64,000 bases of DNA. Origin: Propionibacteriaceae bacterium (lineage in GTDB: Bacteria; Actinomycetota; Actinomycetes; Propionibacteriales; Propionibacteriaceae). Positions within the stretch are counted from its first letter, which is position 1, and every line of letters begins with the position of its first letter. Where the stretch lies: positions 6,031 through 70,030 of the forward strand of contig JAISCA010000004.1 of assembly GCA_031265875.1 (NCBI GenBank). Direction: 5' to 3'. This document shows, one piece after another, positions 25,780 to 35,708 of this stretch. The notes beneath the pieces are model-generated. The model was given only the letters and a program-made list of their open reading frames with translations, was not told where the DNA came from and ran no database searches. A program made the position numbers and the translations under genes.

Positions 25780-26678
25780 CACTTCTCCTTCTTCGCCATA
25801 CGCACCAGGTAGGGCACGATCAAGACCAGGACGAAGGCCAGCAGGATGACGCCGACGGCGGCGGCGCTGGCGTAGTAGTACTGCGACTTGAAGATGTACA
25901 TGTCGACGGCCGGCACCTTGGTCTGGTAATTGGCCGGCTTCGAGATCGACACGATCAGATCGAAGGCCTTGAGCGACATGTGCCCGATGATGATGAGAGC
26001 GGACAAGGCGACCGGTGAGAGCTGGGGGAAGAGGACGTGGCGGTAGAGCTTCCACTCACTGGCCCCGTCGACCCGGGCGGCCTCCCGCAACTCGTCTGGG
26101 ATGCCCCGGAAACCGGCCAAGAATAAGGCCATGACATAACCCGACAGCTGCCAGATGGCGGCCATGGCGATGGCCATGATGCCAATGGAGTTGTTGTTCC
26201 ACCAGTTGTTCTGGAGGAAGTCGAGGTGGAGCATCTGGAACAAGCGGTTGAGACCGGAGGCGCGGACGCCCTGGTTCGAGTTGAGCAGCCAACGCCAGAT
26301 CACGCCGGCCGCCACCGAGGAGACCGCCATGGGGAAGAGGAAGACAGTCCGGAAGATGCCCTCGAAGCGGTCCCGTTTCTCCAACAGCCAAGCCCACAGG
26401 AAGCCCAAGAACATCGTCCCGGCTAGGAAGGTGACGGTGTAGAGGACCAGGTTCTTGAGCGAGTGTTGGAAGGCGTCCGACTTGAACAGGTTGATGTAGT
26501 TCTCGAACCAGACGATCCGGTGCGGGGCCAAGCCGGTGGTCTGGGGGGCGGACGAGATGTCGGTCAGCGAGGTCTGGAAGTTAGCGATGATGAGGGCGTA
26601 GACGAAGACGCCCACCAGAACCAGCGACGGCGAGATCAGCAGCAACGGTGGCCCGTACCGTTTCAACTTCTTCGGCAC
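25779..26678 (-). CDS. ABC sugar transporter permease (MalF-like)
   Basis: 299 aa. EAA loop REAARVDGASEWKLYRHVLFPQLSP. Confidence 0.88.
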   Translation of the reverse strand: MPKKLKRYGPPLLLISPSLVLVGVFVYALIIANFQTSLTDISSAPQTTGLAPHRIVWFENYINLFKSDAFQHSLKNLVLYTVTFLAGTMFLGFLWAWLLEKRDRFEGIFRTVFLFPMAVSSVAAGVIWRWLLNSNQGVRASGLNRLFQMLHLDFLQNNWWNNNSIGIMAIAMAAIWQLSGYVMALFLAGFRGIPDELREAARVDGASEWKLYRHVLFPQLSPVALSALIIIGHMSLKAFDLIVSISKPANYQTKVPAVDMYIFKSQYYYASAAAVGVILLAFVLVLIVPYLVRMAKKEK

Positions 26679-26690
26679 TGTGGTCTATTC

Positions 26691-26722
26691 CTTCGGTGAA
26701 GGGGCGGTCCCGCCCTCCGAAG
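26691..26722 (-). other. intercistronic GC-rich stem-loop between the binding-protein and permease genes
   Basis: CTTCGG..GGGCGG-TC-CCGCCC.CCGAAG nested stems, lying between stop 26763 and start 26678. Confidence 0.5.
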
Positions 26723-26762
26723 AGGACGAGACCGCCCGCCTGATTTAGGTCGAGCCTACGGC

Positions 26763-28040
26763 TCAGGCCATGGCCTGGGCCAGCTCAGCCTGGAAGGTCT
26801 CGATGTCAGAGGCGCCGGAGGTGAACTTCGACACCGCCGCGGTGATGGTGTTCAACTGGACGATGGTGGCCGCCGCGCCGTGCTGGAGCGAGGGAACGAT
26901 GGTGTCGTTCTTGAAGGAGGCGATGGCGGTCTGCTGATAGGTCGAGAAGTCCGACGGGGTGATGTCGGTCCGCGCCGGGATCGAACCCTTGATGCGGTTG
27001 AAGGCGACCTGCCCGTCGAGCGAGGAGATCGTCTGCAGCCAAGCCTTGGCCCCCTCCGGATGCGGAGCGTTGGTGGTCAAGGTGAAGGAGTCGGCCAGGA
27101 AGTCGAAGACGCCGACCGTGCCGGGAGCCGGAGCGTAGACGTAATCCTTGCCGTCGACCTGGTTCTTGGAGTCGAAGTTGGCCGGAGCCCAGTCACCCAT
27201 GATGTTGAAGGCGGCCTCGCCGTTGATCAACATGGTCGAGGGCTCTTCCCAATCCAGGGAGTCGCGGTCCTCGTTGGTGTACGTGATCAACTTGTTGAAG
27301 ATCTCCAGGGCGGCCTTGACCTGACCGGACTTCCAGTCGGTCTTGCCGTCCCACAGCCCGTTGTAGGCGTCGGTGCCGAGTTCGGCGATGAGGACGACCT
27401 CGAGCAGGTGGACCTGGGTCCAGACGCCACCGATCGACAGCGGGACGATGTCCGGGGAGGCCGCCTTGATCTTGTCCAAGGCCTCGATGAAGGCCGACAT
27501 GCTGGCGAACTCGGCGGTGGCCTGCAGGCCGGCCGCCTCCAGCACAGGCACCGAAGCCCAGATCACGTTGGCCCGGTGGATGTTGGACGGGATCGAGTAG
27601 ATCTTGCCGCCCGAAGTCAGCAGGTCGATCAGATCGGACGGGAAAACGCTGCGCAGGTTGAACTCGTCGTAGAGCGAGGAGATGTCCTCGACCTGACCAG
27701 CCAGGATGTAGTCCTGGATCTCCAGGCCGGCGTGGGCCTGGAAGCTGTCCGGCGGGTCGCCGGCGTCCAGACGGTCCTGCAGCAGGTTCTTCGAAGAACC
27801 ACCGCCACCGGCCACGGCGCCGTTGACGAAGTTCACATCGGGGTGGTCGCGGTCGAAGACCTGGACCATGGCCTCGAGGCCGAGGGCCTCGGAGCCGGTC
27901 GACCACCAGGTGAAGACCTCGACCTGCTCAGTGGCAGCCGTGTTATCACCATCGGGTTTGTCATTGTTGCCGCTGCAACCGGTCAGGGCCAGGCAGCCGG
28001 CGGTGACCATGGCCGCAGCCACTTTCGCGAATCGCTTCAA
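26763..28040 (-). CDS. ABC sugar transporter substrate-binding lipoprotein (CUT1)
   Basis: GGAGGA then TTG at 28040 gives MKRFAKVAAAMVTAGCLALTGCSG, a canonical lipoprotein signal. The track start at 28052 would place the SD inside the ORF. Confidence 0.85.
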   Translation of the reverse strand: MKRFAKVAAAMVTAGCLALTGCSGNNDKPDGDNTAATEQVEVFTWWSTGSEALGLEAMVQVFDRDHPDVNFVNGAVAGGGGSSKNLLQDRLDAGDPPDSFQAHAGLEIQDYILAGQVEDISSLYDEFNLRSVFPSDLIDLLTSGGKIYSIPSNIHRANVIWASVPVLEAAGLQATAEFASMSAFIEALDKIKAASPDIVPLSIGGVWTQVHLLEVVLIAELGTDAYNGLWDGKTDWKSGQVKAALEIFNKLITYTNEDRDSLDWEEPSTMLINGEAAFNIMGDWAPANFDSKNQVDGKDYVYAPAPGTVGVFDFLADSFTLTTNAPHPEGAKAWLQTISSLDGQVAFNRIKGSIPARTDITPSDFSTYQQTAIASFKNDTIVPSLQHGAAATIVQLNTITAAVSKFTSGASDIETFQAELAQAMA

Positions 28041-28283
28041 CGTGTCCTCCAAGTGTCTTTGAATCGTCTATCGGGGCGCGAGAGAGAGACTCTTAGGCCA
28101 GGCTTGGTTCTGCGCCGCGCCACTGCCATGACGACTGTCTCCCGCCTCAGGCCTGGGCCAGCTGACTGCGACGTCACCGGCTCAAGCGCGTTCATAGGGT
28201 GAGGCCCAGACTGCTCCATTGGCCGTCTATCGTGCAAGTCGTGGCGGGTCGACGTAATAAAACTGTGATGTACCATTCAAGTT

Positions 28284-28293
28284 GTGAATTCAC
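28284..28293. promoter_or_regulatory. perfect palindrome GTGAATTCAC in an AT-rich promoter region (candidate operator)
   Basis: Lies in the 328-bp gap upstream of the binding-protein operon, flanked by CTGTGATGTACC and CTCTGATGGTCC. Confidence 0.3.
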
Positions 28294-28368
28294 TCTGATG
28301 GTCCGATACGACCCACCGCCGCCTGATCGAACCGCCCACCGGCGCTCCCCAGGAGACTGCGACGGCCC

Positions 28369-29571
28369 TCAGTCCAGTTCGGCGACGTCCTGGGCCAGGC
28401 CCGTGACCTGGCTCAGCGCCAGGTGGCAGGCGCCGTAGACCTCGGACAGCTCGCCGTGGCGGGAACGCTCGATCCGCAGGTCGCCGGAGGCGGCTGTCAT
28501 CGAACGGCGCCGCACCTCGGCCCGGATCGGCTCCAGCAGGATCTCGCCCACGGCCGAGATCGGACCGCCCATCAGGACCACGGAGGGATTGATCAGATTG
28601 CACAGATTCGACACCGCCACGCCCAGGTGGTGGCCCAGCTCTTCGACCAGACGGATGGCGGTGGTGTGGCCCCGCCCGACCAAGTCGACCCAGCCATCGA
28701 CGTCGACCGGACGGTCCACCGCCGAAGCCAGCACGCGCAGCAGACCGGGGATCGAGGCCACCGTCTCCAGACAGCCCCGATTGCCACAGCGGCAGAGCGG
28801 CCCATTCTCGTCGATGGTGGCGTGACCGATCTCGCCGGCCACGCCGTTGGCCCCCCGATAGAGCCGGCCGTCCAGGATCAGGCCGCCGCCGATGCCGGTG
28901 GCCAAGCGGACATAGACCATCGAACGGGCCGAATGCCCCGGTGGCCAGGCGTGTTCGCCCAGCGCGCCCAAGTTAGCGTCGTTGTCGACGCTGACCGGCA
29001 GACCGAGGACCTGGGCGAAACGCTCCCGCAAGTCCCGTCCCGCCCACTCCGGCAGCATGGTGCCGGCGCCGATCTGTTGCGAGGCCTGATCGAGCGGCCC
29101 GGCCACTCCGACGCCGGCCCGCAACACCTCGTCACGGGCGACCCCGCCTAGCTCCAGCACTTCCTGGTAGAGCTGATGGACCAGTTCCAAGCCCTGTTCG
29201 GCCGGCAGGCCCGGAGCCATGCGGCGGTGGCCCTGGGCCACCACGTTCTGACCCAGGTCGGCCAGACAAGCCCGGATGTGGCTACGGCCGATGTCGACGC
29301 CGAGGACGTGACCGGGCGGCAAGACGGGCGAGACCAGGCGCGAGCGACGGCCGTTGAGGACGGCGTCGACCACCTCGACCTGACCGGTGGCAGCCAATTC
29401 GCGCACCAGGTTGGTGACGGCGGCCGGCGACAGCCCCGACCGCCGGGCGATCTCGGCCTGAGTCAGGCCGCCGGTCTGGCGCACCGCCTGCAGGACGCGG
29501 GCGAAGTTCCGCCGGCGCAAGGAACGGGTCGAACCCGGACGCTCTTCGGTCACACGGCTAAGCTTGCGCAA
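28369..29571 (-). CDS. ROK-family transcriptional regulator
   Basis: 400 aa. N-terminal wHTH NFARVLQAVRQTGGLTQAEIARRSGLSPAAVTNLVREL. ROK zinc motif GHATIDENGPLCRCGNRGCLE. TTG start is uncertain. Confidence 0.88.
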   Translation of the reverse strand: MRKLSRVTEERPGSTRSLRRRNFARVLQAVRQTGGLTQAEIARRSGLSPAAVTNLVRELAATGQVEVVDAVLNGRRSRLVSPVLPPGHVLGVDIGRSHIRACLADLGQNVVAQGHRRMAPGLPAEQGLELVHQLYQEVLELGGVARDEVLRAGVGVAGPLDQASQQIGAGTMLPEWAGRDLRERFAQVLGLPVSVDNDANLGALGEHAWPPGHSARSMVYVRLATGIGGGLILDGRLYRGANGVAGEIGHATIDENGPLCRCGNRGCLETVASIPGLLRVLASAVDRPVDVDGWVDLVGRGHTTAIRLVEELGHHLGVAVSNLCNLINPSVVLMGGPISAVGEILLEPIRAEVRRRSMTAASGDLRIERSRHGELSEVYGACHLALSQVTGLAQDVAELD

Positions 29572-29617
29572 ATCTAAGGCTTGATGTCAAGACTTGAACG
29601 CGAACAGTCGGGCCAGT

Positions 29618-29641
29618 GGCTAGACTGCTCACAATCTAGCC
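29618..29641. promoter_or_regulatory. inverted repeat GGCTAGA-N10-TCTAGCC in the ROK/epimerase divergent region (candidate operator)
   Basis: Perfect 7-bp arms. CTTGA-TG-TCAAG is also nearby at 29579-29590. Confidence 0.3.
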
Positions 29642-29661
29642 CCACTGAGCAAGGACGACAG

Positions 29662-30981
29662 ATGGATCAGGCACAGACCGGGCCGGGCGCCTGCCGGCCG
29701 CCTTTGAACGGTCCGACCCAGCCACTCGACCCCGCCCGGCCCCAGTCCGTCCTGGAGACTCCGCCGGCCGCCTTGGTCACACCGGAGCACCGGGCCTGGC
29801 TGAACCGACAGGCCGCCGGCCTGCTCGACTTCGCCGGCGCCGCCCAGGCCGCTCCAGGCGGTTTCTGGTGGCTGGACCGAGCCGGCCGGCCCGACCTGGG
29901 CCACCAGCGTGAGCTGTGGATCAACTGCCGCATGACCCACGTCTTCGCCCTGGGCCACCTGCTGGGCCACCCCGGCGCCCGGGACCAGGCCGAGCACGGC
30001 CTGGCCGCCTTGCGCGACCTCTTCGCCGATCCAATCCACGGCGGCTGGTTCGCCGCCGTGGACTCCGACGGCCGGCCCAGCTCCGGGGCCAAGCAGGCCT
30101 ACCCTCTGGCCTTCGTCATCTTGGCCTCGGCCTCAGCCCTGCAGGCCGGCTGCGACGGGGCCGGTGAGTTGTTCGAGGAGGCGACGCGGATCAGCCAGAC
30201 CCACTTCTGGGACGACCAGGCCGGGTTGGTGGTGGAAGAGTGGGACGCCAGCTTCAGCCGGCTCGATCCCTACCGGGGGGCCAACGCCAATATGCACACG
30301 GTCGAGGCCTACCTGGCGGCGGCCGACGTCAGCGGCCAGCCGACCTGGCGGGGGCGCGCCTTGCGCATCGCTGACTATCTCATCAACGGTCAGGCCCGCG
30401 CCGCCGACTGGCGCCTGCCGGAGCATTACGACAGCGCTTGGCGGCCCTTGCCGGACTACAACGCCGACCGGCCGGCCGATCCCTTCCGCCCTTGGGGAGC
30501 GACCGTCGGACATGGTTTAGAGTGGTCCCGCCTGCTCTTGCAATTGCGGGCCAGCCTCGGCCCCGAGGCGCCGGACTGGCTGGAGCCGGCCGCCTTGGCC
30601 CTGTTCGACCGGGCCGTGGCCGACGGCTGGTCGGCCGACGGTGAGCCCGGTTTCGTCTACACGGTCGACTGGTCGGGCCGCCCGGTGGTGCGTCAACGTA
30701 TGCACTGGGTCGTGGCCGAAGCCATCGCGGCCGCCGCCACCGCCTACCAGGTGACTGGCCGGACCGCCTACGCCGAGTCCTACCGCACTTGGTGGGACTA
30801 CGCCCAGCGTTATCTGATCGACGCCGAGCTCGGCTCCTGGCGCCACGAGTTGGACGATCAGAACCGGCCCGCCGCCACGGTCTGGCCGGGCAAGCCGGAT
30901 GTCTACCACGCCTTCCAGACCTGCCTCATCCCCCAGTCGGCGGTCGGCCCCGGCCTGGCCGCGGCCTTGGCTCAGTCCTGA
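29662..30981 (+). CDS. N-acylglucosamine 2-epimerase (AGE) superfamily epimerase/isomerase
   Basis: ELWINCRMTHVFALGHLLG, ANMHTVEAYLAA and GHGLEWSRLL are present. Start chosen at MDQAQ (ATG 29662) to leave a divergent promoter; the track start is 29581. Confidence 0.8.
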   Translation: MDQAQTGPGACRPPLNGPTQPLDPARPQSVLETPPAALVTPEHRAWLNRQAAGLLDFAGAAQAAPGGFWWLDRAGRPDLGHQRELWINCRMTHVFALGHLLGHPGARDQAEHGLAALRDLFADPIHGGWFAAVDSDGRPSSGAKQAYPLAFVILASASALQAGCDGAGELFEEATRISQTHFWDDQAGLVVEEWDASFSRLDPYRGANANMHTVEAYLAAADVSGQPTWRGRALRIADYLINGQARAADWRLPEHYDSAWRPLPDYNADRPADPFRPWGATVGHGLEWSRLLLQLRASLGPEAPDWLEPAALALFDRAVADGWSADGEPGFVYTVDWSGRPVVRQRMHWVVAEAIAAAATAYQVTGRTAYAESYRTWWDYAQRYLIDAELGSWRHELDDQNRPAATVWPGKPDVYHAFQTCLIPQSAVGPGLAAALAQS

Positions 30982-31027
30982 ACCAGCCCGAGTCGTCCTA
31001 GCGCCGGGTCCGGCGCAGCCGGTTGGC

Positions 31028-31873
31028 TCAGTCCAGCCGGAAGCGTTCCAGGGCCTGCTTCCACTCCGGCAGGACCGGCGTGGGCCGGCCCCGCTGGTCA
31101 GCGAAGACCGCCACCGTGGTGGCGGCGGCGAAACGCTGCCCGCTGTCGGGGTCGGCCACTTCGGAGCAGAAGGTCAGCGAGGTCCGGCCCAGGTGAGCCA
31201 CGCCGGTGCGGACGACGTAGGGCAGGCGCCGGAACAGGACCGGGGCCAAGTAGTCGAGGTCCTGGCGGGCTACGAACCAGAGATGGCCCTGGTCGATGGA
31301 GTCGTTCATGCTGCGGACGGCGGCGGCGGTGAAGGCGATGCGACCCTCTTGGATGTAATCGAAGAAGACCGCGTTGTTGACGTGCCCGTAGGCGTCGAGG
31401 TCGGACCAACGCACCCGCATGGGAGCGGAGCGGGCCCGATCCGTCATGGGCCGGAAAGCCAACGGACGCAGCGGCTCGACCGGCTCCAGCCGCCGCTCCA
31501 GCCAATCCATCTGGGTCGGCCCGAGCTCGACCTGGACCTGGCGGGCCAGATCGTAGGGACTCAACTCGGTCCGGGCCACGGCCACCAATTGGTCACGCTG
31601 CCAGAGCTGATAAGCCAATCCGAAACCGGTCTCGTCGACCCGTGAGACCTGGAGGTCGACCGCCAACGACGTCTCGGAGTAGACCACCGGAGCCCGGTAC
31701 TCGATCTGATGGCCCACCACCACCAAGCCTGACTCGATCAAGTCGGCCACCGGGCCGGACAGCAGGAAATCAACCCTGGCCTCTTGTAGGTAATCGATAA
31801 AGCGGGCGTTGTTGACATGGCCCTGGGCGTCCAAGTCGCCCCAGCGCAGGGGCACGGTCAGGCGCGTGCTCAC
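31028..31873 (-). CDS. tandem hotdog-fold (4HBT/YbgC-type) acyl-CoA thioesterase
   Basis: Two repeats: PLRWGDLDAQGHVNNARFIDYLQEAR and RVRWSDLDAYGHVNNAVFFDYIQEGR. A 4-nt overlap joins it to the acyl-CoA ligase gene. Confidence 0.8.
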   Translation of the reverse strand: MSTRLTVPLRWGDLDAQGHVNNARFIDYLQEARVDFLLSGPVADLIESGLVVVGHQIEYRAPVVYSETSLAVDLQVSRVDETGFGLAYQLWQRDQLVAVARTELSPYDLARQVQVELGPTQMDWLERRLEPVEPLRPLAFRPMTDRARSAPMRVRWSDLDAYGHVNNAVFFDYIQEGRIAFTAAAVRSMNDSIDQGHLWFVARQDLDYLAPVLFRRLPYVVRTGVAHLGRTSLTFCSEVADPDSGQRFAAATTVAVFADQRGRPTPVLPEWKQALERFRLD

Positions 31874-33702
31874 GACTCGCCCTCGAACAGGGACTCCACC
31901 AGGTCGGCGTAGACCTTGATGACGTGGGAACGACGGATCTTCAGGTTGGCCGTCACGTCGCCGGCGTCGACCGTTAGCTCATGGTCCAAGATGACGTACT
32001 TCTTGACCGTCTCCCAATGTTCCAAGCGACGGTTGGCCCGCACCATGAAACGGTCGATCGAACGGCGGATCTCAGGCATCTGACTGAGTTCGGCGTAGCT
32101 GGCCCCGGCGTGGCCGCGACGGGCCCCCCAGCGCAGCAAGGCCTCCCGGTCCAACGCCACCAGGGCGGCGATGTACTTACGGCCGTCGCCCACCGCCACC
32201 GCCTGGGAGACATAGGGCACGTTGGCCGTGATGGCGTTCTCGACCTTTTGCGGGGCGACGTACTTGCCGCCCGAGGTCTTCATCAGGTCCTTCTTGCGGT
32301 CCGTGATCCACAACAGGTCACGCTGGTCGAGGTAGCCCACGTCGCCGGTGTGGAACCAGCCGTCTAGGTCCAGCGCCTCGGCCGTGGCCTCGGGATTGTT
32401 GTGGTACCCCTGCATCACGGTCGGGCCGCGCAGCAAGATCTCGCCGTCGTCGGCGATGCGGCACTCCAGCCCCGGAATGGGCGGCCCCAGGCTGCCCAGG
32501 ACGGGGGTGTTGTAGTGGTTGAAGAAGGACACGGCCGAAGTCTCGGTGCAACCGTAACCTTCCACCACAGTGATACCGGCGGCGTAGAACCAGTGCTGGA
32601 CCTGAGCCGACAACTTAGCCGAGCCAGAGATCATGAACTCGATCCGCCCGCCCATCTTGGCCCGCAGCTTCGAGAAGACCAGCTTGTCGGCCAAGGCGTA
32701 TTTGAGGGACAGTCCGGGCGGCAGGGGCCGGCCCTCCAAACGGTAGGGCACCGACTGGTAGCCGGTGGCGAAGGCCCAGCGCGAGATGCGGCCCTTCAAC
32801 CCCTTCGAGGACTCACCGGTCAAAACGGCGGCACGGACCTTCTCGAAGATCCTAGGGGCGCCGCACATGAAGTTCGGTTTGACAATTGCTAAATTGTCGA
32901 TGATGCGGTCGATCCGCCCGTCCACGGCGCTACGGAAGCCGAACTTGAGTTGGAAAGCGATCAAAGACTTGCCGAAGACGTGCGACAGGGGCAACCAAAG
33001 GAATTGGAGTTGATCCGGTGTGACCAATTTGAGCAATTCGACCGCTTCGGTCAGATAGACCCAGGCCCCGTGGTTGAGGCGAACCCCCTTGGGCCGGCCG
33101 GTGGTGCCGGAGGTGTAGATCAAAGACGACAGGGTGTCTTTGTCGGTGCGAGCGATCGCTTCGGACACGCAGTCCGGGTGTTGGGCCAGATGGGCCCGCC
33201 CCTGCTCGATGAAGCTCTGCCAGGTCACGACCCGTTGGCCGTCGCCGGAGCCGGCGAAGACCACGATGGCCGGAATCTGCTCGTCTAGGTCGCGGTGGAG
33301 CAGGATCTTGGCCACTTGCTCGGCGTCCTCCGCGAAAACCAACTTAGCGTTCGAATCGGACAGGATGTAGCCCACCTCGTCGGCGGTGGTGTTGGGATAG
33401 ACGGTGGTCGAGGCGCAGGCCGCGGCGGCGATGGCGTAATCGGCCAGGATCCACTCGACCCGGGTGGTCGAGGCGATGGCCACCCGGTCCTGGTCGGTCA
33501 GGCCCCGGCTGATGAGGGCGGCGGCCACGGCGAAGGTCAGTTCGCCGACCTCGGCCCAGCTCAGCTCCTGCCACTGGTCCTCGCGGTCGGGATAGAGGAA
33601 GGCCTGACGGTCGGGTGATTCGGCGACCCTCTCGACCAACATGGCCCCCAAGGACTGGGGCGCCTGAGCGTATAGTTGACGTTGCAACTCGACCACATCC
33701 AT
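31870..33702 (-). CDS. long-chain acyl-CoA synthetase (AMP-forming, FadD15-like)
   Basis: 610 aa. AMP-binding motif LIYTSGTTGRPKGV. GYGCTE and TGDVGYLD are present. Confidence 0.88.
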   Translation of the reverse strand: MDVVELQRQLYAQAPQSLGAMLVERVAESPDRQAFLYPDREDQWQELSWAEVGELTFAVAAALISRGLTDQDRVAIASTTRVEWILADYAIAAAACASTTVYPNTTADEVGYILSDSNAKLVFAEDAEQVAKILLHRDLDEQIPAIVVFAGSGDGQRVVTWQSFIEQGRAHLAQHPDCVSEAIARTDKDTLSSLIYTSGTTGRPKGVRLNHGAWVYLTEAVELLKLVTPDQLQFLWLPLSHVFGKSLIAFQLKFGFRSAVDGRIDRIIDNLAIVKPNFMCGAPRIFEKVRAAVLTGESSKGLKGRISRWAFATGYQSVPYRLEGRPLPPGLSLKYALADKLVFSKLRAKMGGRIEFMISGSAKLSAQVQHWFYAAGITVVEGYGCTETSAVSFFNHYNTPVLGSLGPPIPGLECRIADDGEILLRGPTVMQGYHNNPEATAEALDLDGWFHTGDVGYLDQRDLLWITDRKKDLMKTSGGKYVAPQKVENAITANVPYVSQAVAVGDGRKYIAALVALDREALLRWGARRGHAGASYAELSQMPEIRRSIDRFMVRANRRLEHWETVKKYVILDHELTVDAGDVTANLKIRRSHVIKVYADLVESLFEGES

Positions 33703-33922
33703 TGTGTCCCCCTCAGATCGCGCTTCACATCGGATCGCGCCACAGATCGCCGCCAGACCGGATCAGGCTCAGCCTAGCCCTGCGCTCCGCCTAGCACGAG
33801 CCTCGACCATCGTCTGACCAGGCCCGATCGAGGCGAACGTCGAGCGCTTGTGAGTGAGCCGATCTGGACCTCGGCCGACCGGGTCGCGGAACTTGAGCCG
33901 GCCCAGGCCAGGGGATGGTTCC

Positions 33923-34408
33923 TCAGGCCGGCTCCGGGGCCGCCGGCACGGTCGTGACCTCGACCCAATCCACGCTGCCAGAGGCTGATTCCAGTTCGGG
34001 GATGGTCAGCTCGACCATCGAACTGCTCGATCCGCAGGCCGGGTAGACCCGCTCAAAACGGGCCAGCGACGAGTCGAGATGGACCGTGACGCCAGGGTTG
34101 ACGTCGAAGGGACAGACGCCGCCGACGCCGTACCCGATCAATTCCTCGACCTGGTCCGCTCCGATCATGCGCGCCTTGCAGCCAAAACGTTCTTTGTAGC
34201 GTCGATTGTCGACCCGGGCGTCGCCGGCCGCCACCACCAGGATCGGCCCGGACGGGGTCAGGAAGCTGAGCGACTTGGCGATCACCGCCGGGGCGCAGTC
34301 CAAGGCCTCGGCCGCCAATTCGACGGTGGCGCTGGAGACGCCCAACTGGCGGATGTGGTCGTCCAGGCCGAGGCCGGCCAGATGGGCGCGCGCCCGTTCG
34401 AACGACAT
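33923..34408 (-). CDS. YbaK/EbsC-type aminoacyl-tRNA deacylase domain protein
   Basis: 161 aa. IAKSLSF....ILVVAAGDARVDNRRYKERFG...GYGVGGVCPF pattern. Confidence 0.7.
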   Translation of the reverse strand: MSFERARAHLAGLGLDDHIRQLGVSSATVELAAEALDCAPAVIAKSLSFLTPSGPILVVAAGDARVDNRRYKERFGCKARMIGADQVEELIGYGVGGVCPFDVNPGVTVHLDSSLARFERVYPACGSSSSMVELTIPELESASGSVDWVEVTTVPAAPEPA

Positions 34409-34538
34409 GGGTTCCTCCCTGGGGGTCAGCTCAGTCGACCAGGCTACCCGACTGACATGCCCCCGCCAGCCCTCCGCCGCCTGGACGACTGGCCGGCTCG
34501 GCCCGACGGCGCCGGCCCAGCGCTGGGGAGGGAGGAAC

Positions 34539-35615
34539 CTAGCCCGACCGGCGCCAGGCGCCGCGATGGTACGACGGGGCCAACGGCGTGTCGACGCCCA
34601 AGAAGTCGGCCGCTCGCTCCGGCCAGGCCGGCTCGCGCAGACCGGCCCGGCCGATCAAGACCGCGTCGGCTTGGCCGGACTGAACAATCTGTTCGGCTTG
34701 GGCCGGCTCGGTGATGAGCCCGACCGCCGCCGTCGGCAGGCCGGTGACGCGCTTGACCTCGGCCGCCAAAGCGACCTGATAGCCGGGCGCGCTCGGTATG
34801 CGGGTGATGATGTTGCCGCCGGAGGAGACGTCGATCAAATCGACCCCCAGCCCGCCCAACTGATCGACCAAGGCGCAGGTGTCGTCCAGAGACCAACCGT
34901 CCTCGGTCCACTCGGTGGCGGACAGGCGGACGAAGAGGGGCTTGTCCTCAGGCCAAACCCGGCGGACGGCCTCCACCACCTGGCGGGTCAGCCGGGTCCG
35001 TCCCTCGAAGCCACCACCCCACTGGTCCGTCCGCTGATTGCTCAGCGGAGACAGGAACTGATGCAACAGATAGCCGTGGGCGGCGTGCAACTCGATGACG
35101 TCGAAACCGGCCCGATCGGCCCGCCGGGCGGCCTCGGCGAACTGATCTGGGATGGCGGCCACTTGCTCTGGGCCCATGGCCGCCGGAGCGGCCAAGCCGG
35201 GGAAAGCCTCGGCCGTCGGCCCCCAGGTGGCGTAACCGCCCTGATCGAGCGGTTGGGAGCCCTTGGGGAAATGCGGCAGATCGCGCCAAGTCGAGCCCTT
35301 GCGCCCGGCGTGGGCCAATTGGACCGCCATGGCGGCGCCTTGGCGATGGCTGAAATCGACCAGTCGGGCCAGCCCGGCCACCTGGTCGTCCTGCCACAGC
35401 CCCAGGTCCCCGACCGTGATACGCCCGGCCGGGGCCACAGCGGTGGCCTCGACCACGATCAGGCCGAAACCACCGGCGGCGCGGGCGCCGTAATGGACCA
35501 GGTGCCAATCGGTCGCCCGGCCATCGGCGCCCTCGACTTGGTATTGGCACATCGGCGGCAGCCAGACCCGGTTACGGATCTCTAGACCACGGATCTTGAG
35601 CGGATCGAACAGCAT
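34539..35615 (-). CDS. NADH:flavin oxidoreductase, Old Yellow Enzyme family (NamA-like)
   Basis: MLFDPLKIRGLEIRNRVWLPPMCQY..., ELHAAHGYLLHQFLSPLSN and GLITEPAQAE are present. Confidence 0.88.
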   Translation of the reverse strand: MLFDPLKIRGLEIRNRVWLPPMCQYQVEGADGRATDWHLVHYGARAAGGFGLIVVEATAVAPAGRITVGDLGLWQDDQVAGLARLVDFSHRQGAAMAVQLAHAGRKGSTWRDLPHFPKGSQPLDQGGYATWGPTAEAFPGLAAPAAMGPEQVAAIPDQFAEAARRADRAGFDVIELHAAHGYLLHQFLSPLSNQRTDQWGGGFEGRTRLTRQVVEAVRRVWPEDKPLFVRLSATEWTEDGWSLDDTCALVDQLGGLGVDLIDVSSGGNIITRIPSAPGYQVALAAEVKRVTGLPTAAVGLITEPAQAEQIVQSGQADAVLIGRAGLREPAWPERAADFLGVDTPLAPSYHRGAWRRSG

Positions 35616-35708
35616 GGCGTGACCTCATTCCCTATCGGACCGGCGGGGCCGACACGGCCCAGCGCTTCCATCCACCATTGTCCCCACCTGGACCGGCCCG
35701 GGTCTAGC

